DNA of 64,000 nucleotides from NCBI GenBank assembly GCA_036149055.1, contig JAYZQJ010000133.1:48393-112392 (forward strand). The letters are read 5' to 3'. The DNA is from Myxococcota bacterium. GTDB lineage: Bacteria; Myxococcota_A; Polyangia; Polyangiales; Sandaracinaceae. Of this stretch, positions 57,584 to 64,000 are shown in pieces. The position numbers and the translations under genes are program-made. Numbering within the stretch: position 1 is the first letter of the stretch; every line of letters begins with the position of its first letter. Below the pieces are notes generated by a model. It ran no database searches and was not told where the DNA came from. It saw nothing but the letters and a program-made list of their open reading frames with translations.

Positions 57584-58617
57584 CGGGGCGGGGGCGCGTG
57601 GCGGCGCACGGCGCCGAGGATCTCGGGCAAGCCGTCCTGCTTGCGCAGCACCCCGGTCACCCCCGCGCTGGCCGTCACCTCGCGCGAGCTGACGATGAAG
57701 AACGGCGGCGCCTCGTCCTGGAAGCGCGAGACGAGCAGCGCCGCGAGCTGGGAGCCGTCGAGCGTCGGCATGTCGTGGTCCGAGACGACCACGTCCGGCT
57801 GATGATCGATGCAGGCCTCGAGCGCGGTGAAGCCGTCCGGGCAGCTGACCACCTCGTAGCCCTCGTGCTCGAGCCGTCGGCGCAGGGTGGCGCGCCAGAC
57901 CGGGTCGTCGTCGGCGAGGACGAGCACCGGCTTGCGGGTGGCCTCCACCTCGGGCGGCAGCTCCGCCTCCCCGCGGCAGAAGGCGGCGACCTCCGACGGA
58001 GTGCTCGCCGACGGAAGGTGCCGCGACCGCTCGAAGCCCCGTCCGGGCGGCGGGCCGCCCCAGAAGATCGCGTGGGCGGACTCCGGGAGCACGCGCGCCA
58101 GGGTCGCCAGCATCGGCCCCCGCAGCCCGGGGAAGCCTCCGTCGATCACCAGGTAGAGCTCCCGCTCGGCGTAGCGCTCGGCCATCTGGAGCAGCCCGAA
58201 CACGTCGCGCGCGCGGTGCACCGCGGCGTAGCCGCGGAGGTGGGCGCCCACCCGCTCGGCCCGCTGCTCGTCCTGGAGCACGAGCAGCACGACGCGCTCG
58301 GCGCGCTCCCGGAGCTGCTCCGGGCGTCGACGCACCCCCGACTGCACGAGCTGGCGCACGACCCGGGTCAGCGCCTCGGACGTCGCCTTGGCGATCTCCG
58401 GATCGATGACCTCCTCCAGCGCCGATCGCAGCGGACCGCGCGCGAAGAGCCCGAAGCCCACCGGCTCCTCGGGGACGGCGGAGACCCCGGAGAGGTCGAG
58501 CGCCCGGCTCAGGACCGCGCTCGACTCGTCGGGCGTGCAGACCCGCCCCAGGTGCTCGAGGGCCAGCCGGGCGAACTCGTCGCCACGCCGCCTGGCGCTG
58601 CCGTTCGCGTTCTGCAC
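57574..58617 (-). CDS. Response regulator with N-terminal helical domain (paralogue, intact receiver)
   Basis: C-terminal 'LADDD...VVSDHDMPTLDG...RK'. Confidence 0.85.
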   Translation of the reverse strand: MQNANGSARRRGDEFARLALEHLGRVCTPDESSAVLSRALDLSGVSAVPEEPVGFGLFARGPLRSALEEVIDPEIAKATSEALTRVVRQLVQSGVRRRPEQLRERAERVVLLVLQDEQRAERVGAHLRGYAAVHRARDVFGLLQMAERYAERELYLVIDGGFPGLRGPMLATLARVLPESAHAIFWGGPPPGRGFERSRHLPSASTPSEVAAFCRGEAELPPEVEATRKPVLVLADDDPVWRATLRRRLEHEGYEVVSCPDGFTALEACIDHQPDVVVSDHDMPTLDGSQLAALLVSRFQDEAPPFFIVSSREVTASAGVTGVLRKQDGLPEILGAVRRHAPPPRQS

Positions 58618-58687
58618 GAGAGGAAAGATACGGCCGGACTGCCCACCGGACCAGTGGGCTGTACGTTTTTTTCACAACTGTCGCTGA

Positions 58688-59794
58688 TCAGCGTTCGAAG
58701 CCGGTGAGCGTGGCCCCGACCCCGACGCAGGCGGCGACCTCGAACACCAGGTCGTCGACCGGGGCGTCCTGCGCCACCAGGGCCACCACCCCGGGGGGCG
58801 GCTCGGGGAGCTCGCCTTCGGCCACCAGGATCACCGGGGGCGCGTCGGCGCCGAAGCGGCTGCGGAGGAGCGCCACCAGCTGCGCGCCGTCGAGGGTCGG
58901 CATGTCCAGGGCGGCGATGACCGCGGCCGGCTCCTCGTCGATGCAGCGCTCGAGCGCCATGAAGCCGTCGGGGGCCGAGGACGGCGCGTACCCCGCCTCC
59001 TCGAGCGTGCGGCTCACCCGCGCGCGCCAGGTGGGGTCTCCGTGGGCGAGGACGAGCCTCGGCGCTCGCTCCGCGCGGGGGGCGGGCGCCGGCTCGTCGT
59101 CGGGCAGCGCGGCGACGCACATGTCCCCGACCGCGTCGATGTCGCGCACGTCGCCGAGGCGCAGCCACTCCACCCGGTAGGGATCTCCGCGGAGCTCGGG
59201 CTGGGTGTCGTTCGGCCCGAACAGGATCACCTTCGCCCCCTCGGGCAGCAGGCGGCCGAGGGTCGCGAGCGTCGAGGGCCGCACCGCCTCCATCGCGTCG
59301 TCGATGACGACCACGAGGTCGGCGGTCGGGTAGCTCTGCGCGGCCTGGAGCAGCGCGAAGATGTCGTAGGCGGCCACCACCTTGGCGCGATCGCGGAGCC
59401 GGGGGATGAGCGCGTCCACGTGCGCGGGGCGACCCGACGCGACCAGCACCACCGGGGCGTCGCGGACCGGGGCGGCGAGGGAGTGCCGCTTGCGTCGGCG
59501 CACCCCGCTGTCGGGCGGGTCGGAGAGGAAGGCGGGGGCGAGGTCGGCGAGGACCGCCTCCGCGGCCTCCTCGCCGAGCCGATCGGTGACGGCCTCCCGG
59601 AGCGCGCCGCACGCGAACGAGCCGAAGGACGCCGCGTCTTCCGGCACCGCCTCCACGCCGTGGCGCCGCAGCGCCTCGTCGAGGAGCGCGTCGAGCACCT
59701 CCGTGCTCGCGAGCCGACCGATGGCCTCACGAAGCAGCAGCGCGTGGTGCCCGCCGGGCACCGGAGTCGCACGCTGCCTCCGACCATCTGTCAC
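58688..59794 (-). CDS. Response-regulator-like protein (paralogue, pseudo-receiver)
   Basis: Same architecture; 'LAHGD...VIAALDMPTLDG' lacks the phospho-accepting Asp. Confidence 0.82.
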   Translation of the reverse strand: MTDGRRQRATPVPGGHHALLLREAIGRLASTEVLDALLDEALRRHGVEAVPEDAASFGSFACGALREAVTDRLGEEAAEAVLADLAPAFLSDPPDSGVRRRKRHSLAAPVRDAPVVLVASGRPAHVDALIPRLRDRAKVVAAYDIFALLQAAQSYPTADLVVVIDDAMEAVRPSTLATLGRLLPEGAKVILFGPNDTQPELRGDPYRVEWLRLGDVRDIDAVGDMCVAALPDDEPAPAPRAERAPRLVLAHGDPTWRARVSRTLEEAGYAPSSAPDGFMALERCIDEEPAAVIAALDMPTLDGAQLVALLRSRFGADAPPVILVAEGELPEPPPGVVALVAQDAPVDDLVFEVAACVGVGATLTGFER

Positions 59795-59890
59795 GGCTGG
59801 AATCGTACGCCCACCGACCGAGCACAGCCAGCCCCGGCCGAGCGATTTCTCCTGTCGGATCGAGGCGTCACCAGTCGGTGATACCGCCCT

Positions 59891-61615
59891 TCACCGGCGA
59901 CGGAAGAAGTCGATGAGCGGGGCCAGGCGCAGGGTCCGGGCGCGCCCGAGCCAGTGCCACCACCAGGTCACCGTCCAGCCGCCGATGGCGAGCGCGGTGA
60001 AGAGGAAGAAGAAGAAGATGCGCGCCCAGTCCATGTAGCTCTCGTAGCCGGCGGGCATGGAGACGGCGGCGGAGATGGTCATGGACGCGGCGAAGAGCGC
60101 CACCGCGACCCGGGTCGCGCTCTGGTAGACGGTGTCCGGGAGCTTGTCGAGCTTCGGGGTGACCGGCTTCACGTGCACGTTGCCGGTCTCGAAGTCGTGG
60201 AGGATCTGGTCGAGGTGGGTCGGCATCGTGCGCAGGAGCGAGGCGACCCCCACCCCGCCGCCGAGCGCCTGCTGCACCATCTGCTGGGGGCTCCAGCGCT
60301 CGCTGAAGATCCGCTCGACGTAGGGCTTGGTGATCTCGAGCGCGTCGACGTCCGGGTGCAGCGAGCGCACGAGCCCCTCGACCGTGCCCGCCGCCTTCAC
60401 CAGCAGCGAGTACTCGATGGCGAGCTTGACCCGGTACTTGCGAACCGCGTTCGCGAACTCCTCGATGAAGCCCTCGGTGTCGATCTCGCCGACGCTCTGG
60501 ACCATCACGTACTGGGCGCGGACGCGCACGATCTCGCGCTTGAGATCGCCGATGTCGACCCGCTGGGTGGGGGTGCCCATCTTCAGGAGCACCCGCGCCA
60601 CCGTGCTGGCGTCGTCGAGGATGGTGCCGAGCACCAGGGTCACGAGGTCGTCGCGCTGCTCGGGCGAGAGCGTGCCGACCAGGCCCATGTCGAGGAAGCA
60701 GATCGTGCCCTCGTCGTCGACGAGGATGTTCCCGGCGTGCGGGTCGGCGTGGAAGAAGCCGTCGATGAAGACGCCCTTGCACATCGCGTGGAGGACCTCC
60801 TCCACCGCGTGGGCCGCCTCGTCGCTCCCCGGCTCGAGGTCCCGGATCGGCCGGCCCTCGAAGTGCGTCATCGTGAGCACGGTCCGGCAGCTGAGCTCGG
60901 GGATCGGCTCGGGCGCGGTGACCGGGCGCTCCGGATCGAGGAGCTGGCGCGCCCGCACCAGGTTGGCGAGCTCCGCGCTGAAGTTGAGCTCGCGCAGGAG
61001 GTTCTTCTCGAACTCGGCGACGACCTTGGCCGGCTGGATGAGCTTGAGCTCGTCGATGCTCGCCTCGAGGCCGCGGGCCGCGAGGTAGAGGAGATCGAGG
61101 TCGCCGCGCATCACGTCGCCGATCCCCGGGCGCTGCACCTTCACCACCACCGCGCGCCCGTCCTGGGTCCTGGCGCGGTGGATCTGGCCGATCGAGGCGG
61201 TCGCGAGCGGCGTCTCGTCCAGCTCGGTGAACAGCTCCGCGACCGGGCGGCCGAGCCCCTGCTCGATCACCTTCTCCACGTCGGCGTAGGGGATCACCGG
61301 CGCCTGGTCCTGGAGGGTGCTCAGGGCCTGGATGTAGTCGGCCGGCAGCAGGTCGGCGCGCATCGAGAGGACCTGGCCGAGCTTGATGTAGGTGGGCCCG
61401 AGCGCGCCGAGGAGCTTGGTGAAGCGCTCCGCCGGCGTGCCCTGCGCCTCCTTGCCCTCCCGGGCGACGTCGCGGCCGAGGACCTGCGCCGCGAAGGGCA
61501 TGCGCAGGAGGATCTCGCCGAAGCCATGGCGCGCGACGACGACCGCCACCTTGCGCAGGCGGGTCACGTCGCGGACGGCGACGCCGAGGATGCTCTTGGT
61601 CTCCCCCTGGGTCAC
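59891..61615 (-). CDS. ABC1/AarF/UbiB family atypical kinase
   Basis: 'LGPTYIKLGQVLS', 'PLATASIGQIH', 'VKVQRP', 'FFHADPHAGN', 'DMG'; C-terminal TMs. Confidence 0.93.
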   Translation of the reverse strand: MTQGETKSILGVAVRDVTRLRKVAVVVARHGFGEILLRMPFAAQVLGRDVAREGKEAQGTPAERFTKLLGALGPTYIKLGQVLSMRADLLPADYIQALSTLQDQAPVIPYADVEKVIEQGLGRPVAELFTELDETPLATASIGQIHRARTQDGRAVVVKVQRPGIGDVMRGDLDLLYLAARGLEASIDELKLIQPAKVVAEFEKNLLRELNFSAELANLVRARQLLDPERPVTAPEPIPELSCRTVLTMTHFEGRPIRDLEPGSDEAAHAVEEVLHAMCKGVFIDGFFHADPHAGNILVDDEGTICFLDMGLVGTLSPEQRDDLVTLVLGTILDDASTVARVLLKMGTPTQRVDIGDLKREIVRVRAQYVMVQSVGEIDTEGFIEEFANAVRKYRVKLAIEYSLLVKAAGTVEGLVRSLHPDVDALEITKPYVERIFSERWSPQQMVQQALGGGVGVASLLRTMPTHLDQILHDFETGNVHVKPVTPKLDKLPDTVYQSATRVAVALFAASMTISAAVSMPAGYESYMDWARIFFFFLFTALAIGGWTVTWWWHWLGRARTLRLAPLIDFFRRR

Positions 61616-61655
61616 GGAGGCCCGCAGGTTATCCCGCGCGTTGCCGCGGGGCGAA

Positions 61656-63017
61656 TCAAGTGTCGATCGTCTCCGGCACGGAGTCGGGCGAGACGGGCTC
61701 GGGAGACACGGGCTGCGGGTGCGCGGGCTGGCTCGGACGCTCCGGCGGCGGGCGCGGCGCCGACGGCTCGGTGATCGTGAGGATGACCCAGACGATCATG
61801 CCGCTCAGGATCGCCACGAACAGGCCGACCAGGAGCACGAGCAGCACCCAGACCACGCCCGGCATCGACGCCCCGCTCGCGGCGGGGGGCGGCGGATCGG
61901 TGGGCGGGATCTCGCCCGGATCGGAGCCGGTCTGCCAGGCCTCGGGCGGCGGCGCGTACGACGGAGGGGCGTACGACGGCGGGGCGGGCGACGGAGGCGG
62001 GGTGCGCTCGGGAATGGGCTGGGACGCGGGCGTCGCGCCGTCCTGCGAGCTCGACGAGATCGCCGCGCGGACCTCGGACCGATCCACCTCGACCGTCTCG
62101 GCGAAGGCGACCGCCGACCGATCTCCGGCCGGGCGCGCGCCGAGCACGGGCGCGAAGGCGTCCCACATCTCCTGCGCGTCGCGGAAACGGATCTGATGGT
62201 CCCGCTCGACCGCGCGGAGGAACCAGCGATCGTATTCGGCCGACAGCGGCGTCGAGAGGCCCATCGACGCGGCCCGGGTCGAGGGCGGCTCGACCGGGTC
62301 GACGTGCAGCTCGCGGAGCAGCCCCCCGATGCCGGACGAGTCGGCCGCCGCCTTCCAGTAGATGCGCCCGGTGAGCACGTAGAAGGTGAGCAGCCCGAAC
62401 GCCCAGACGTCGGTGCAGGTCGCGATGCGGCCGCCGGCCGAGGTCTGCTCGGGCGCCATCCACATCGGCGAGCCGACCGCCCCGGTGCCGGTGCCCCAGG
62501 TGCGGTGCGCGTCGATCAGCTTGGCGACCCCGAAGTCGAGCAGCTTCACCCGCTCGTCGGGCCCGTGCAGGAAGACGTTCTCCGGCTTCACGTCCCGGTG
62601 CACCAGGCCCTCCCGGTGGGCCGCCGCGAGCACCCCGGCCAGGGCCTCGAAGAGGGGAGCCGCCTCCTCGAGCGTCATCGGCCCGCGGGCCTTGATTCGG
62701 GCGCGGAGGTCCTCGCCCCGCAGCAGCTCCATCACGATGAACGGGATGCCCGCCTCGTCGTCGATCCCCGTGTGGTAGACGCGCGGGATCCCGTCGTGGG
62801 CGAGCTGCATCGCGATCTGCGCCTCCTGCAGGAAGCGGCGCCGCGGTCGCTCCTCGGCCACGAGGTCGGGCAGGAGCACCTTCAGCGCCTGCTCCTCGCC
62901 GGTGCGCCGATCCCGGACCGCGTAGACGGCGCCCATGCCGCCGGAGGCGATCGGCCGCAGGACCTCGTAGTCGCGGGCGAAGACGGCGCCCGGCCGCAGC
63001 CGAAGGGACCCGAACAT
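61656..63017 (-). CDS. Ser/Thr protein kinase with C-terminal TM
   Basis: SGGMGAVY, ALK, HRDVKPEN, DFG, GSPMWMAPE. Confidence 0.93.
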   Translation of the reverse strand: MFGSLRLRPGAVFARDYEVLRPIASGGMGAVYAVRDRRTGEEQALKVLLPDLVAEERPRRRFLQEAQIAMQLAHDGIPRVYHTGIDDEAGIPFIVMELLRGEDLRARIKARGPMTLEEAAPLFEALAGVLAAAHREGLVHRDVKPENVFLHGPDERVKLLDFGVAKLIDAHRTWGTGTGAVGSPMWMAPEQTSAGGRIATCTDVWAFGLLTFYVLTGRIYWKAAADSSGIGGLLRELHVDPVEPPSTRAASMGLSTPLSAEYDRWFLRAVERDHQIRFRDAQEMWDAFAPVLGARPAGDRSAVAFAETVEVDRSEVRAAISSSSQDGATPASQPIPERTPPPSPAPPSYAPPSYAPPPEAWQTGSDPGEIPPTDPPPPAASGASMPGVVWVLLVLLVGLFVAILSGMIVWVILTITEPSAPRPPPERPSQPAHPQPVSPEPVSPDSVPETIDT

Positions 63018-63109
63018 GGGTCGGTTCAACCTATCACGCGCCGCCTCCACCGCCTCGCAACGCGTCCGCCCGGCGGATGGATTCCGCCCGGGCTGCTATG
63101 CTCGCGGCC

Positions 63110-63511
63110 ATGAGGCGCGCTCTCTGGTTCCTCCTCCTCGTCGTCGGGTGCGCGGAGCCCGGCGAAGCCGCCGACGAGGCCGCCCCGGTCGAGCGCCCCG
63201 CGCCCGAGGCGGTGGAGCGCTCTCCCGACGAGAACGAGCCGGTGGAGCCGCGCCCGTCGGTGGAGCTCACCGGCGCGGTGCTCGCCGCCCATCATCAGCG
63301 GGCGCTGCAGCTGCGAGAGGGACAGCCGGCCGAGGCGGTCCGCCTGCTCGAGGAGGCCTGCGACCGGTCCCACTCGCCGAGCTGCGTCGCGCTCGCCGAC
63401 ATGGTGGAGGCGGGCGAAGGCGCCCCGGCCGATCCGGATCGCGCCCGGGCGCTGCTCGAGCAGGCCTGCTTCGACGGAGCCCAGGCCGCCTGCGATCGCC
63501 TCGGGCATTGA
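63110..63511 (+). CDS. Sel1-like (Cys-rich Hcp type) repeat lipoprotein
   Basis: Lipobox VVGC; 'LEEACD....SC..LA.M...GEG...D..RA..L.EQAC..G...AC'. Confidence 0.82.
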   Translation: MRRALWFLLLVVGCAEPGEAADEAAPVERPAPEAVERSPDENEPVEPRPSVELTGAVLAAHHQRALQLREGQPAEAVRLLEEACDRSHSPSCVALADMVEAGEGAPADPDRARALLEQACFDGAQAACDRLGH

Positions 63512-63519
63512 ACTTGCTG

Positions 63520-63700
63520 GGCAGGGGCGGGTCCGCCCCCGCCCCCCCGCTGCGCCGGCACAACGATGTTCGCTCCGGCTACGCCTCCGCAAACATCGCT
63601 GCACCCGCTCCGCGGGGCCCCCCCACCCACTCCGGGACCTCGCTCCGCTCGGCCCCGCCCCCCGCGCGGGGCGCGGGGGGGCCCGCGGCGCGCCCGCGCG
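63520..63700. repeat. Multi-hairpin extragenic (REP-like) element
   Basis: Nested stem CGATGTT (63564-63570)...AACATCG (63592-63598) around GGC-TAC-GCC; further GC hairpins; no credible ORF. Confidence 0.5.
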
Positions 63701-64000
63701 CGGAGCATACCAGACGCCGAGCGCTCGAGAGGGGGCAACAATGGCGCCGGGGCAGTCCGCGCCCGCTGCCGCGACGACGGACCCGAGACGACAGCCGCGA
63801 CGAGCGCAGCGAGGTCGCCGCACGCGCCATCCCCCCGGGTTCGATCCCGCGGCAGCGGGCGGCCAGCTCGCGCGCAGCGCGAGCGCGAGCCGCAGGGCCC
63901 CCCGCGCCCCGTCGCTGGGGTCGCGGGGGGGGGGGGGCGCCGGCCGCGGCCGGGGGGGGGGGGGGGGGGGCCCCCGGGGGGGGTGGGCCCCCGGGGGGGG

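Noticed and set aside
63920..64000. G-quadruplex or telomere-like array
   Set aside because: Irregular poly-G at the window end resembles low-quality contig-end sequence.

Overview
Very GC-rich (visually about 75%) bacterial chromosome segment. MYXO-CTERM tails, PEGA proteins, Ser/Thr kinases and many lipoproteins point to Myxococcota (Polyangiales/Sandaracinaceae-like; inference). About 60 real genes sit among many GC-driven shadow ORFs. Recognisable genes: thrC, nth, bfd-bfr, queD, tldD-pmbA, an Fe/B12-type ABC importer, a KaiC-like ATPase with a hybrid kinase, GH3, PL1 and two ceramidase-like hydrolases. No rRNA, tRNA, CRISPR or transposase seen. Best candidate for an undescribed system: a translationally coupled class-III aminotransferase + LuxE + LuxC operon without luciferase, i.e. 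a possible acid-to-aldehyde-to-amine pathway. Also notable: a Tat-lipoprotein TldD, tandem Cys-rich membrane paralogues, an active/pseudo receiver paralogue pair, two related GGGGACGGAGT inverted-repeat elements, Fur-like boxes at bfd/bfr, an internally deleted Uma2, a frameshifted secreted gene, and recurring TAnnnT-N6/7-start leaderless-type promoters. All family calls come from motif recognition by eye; no database searches were run.
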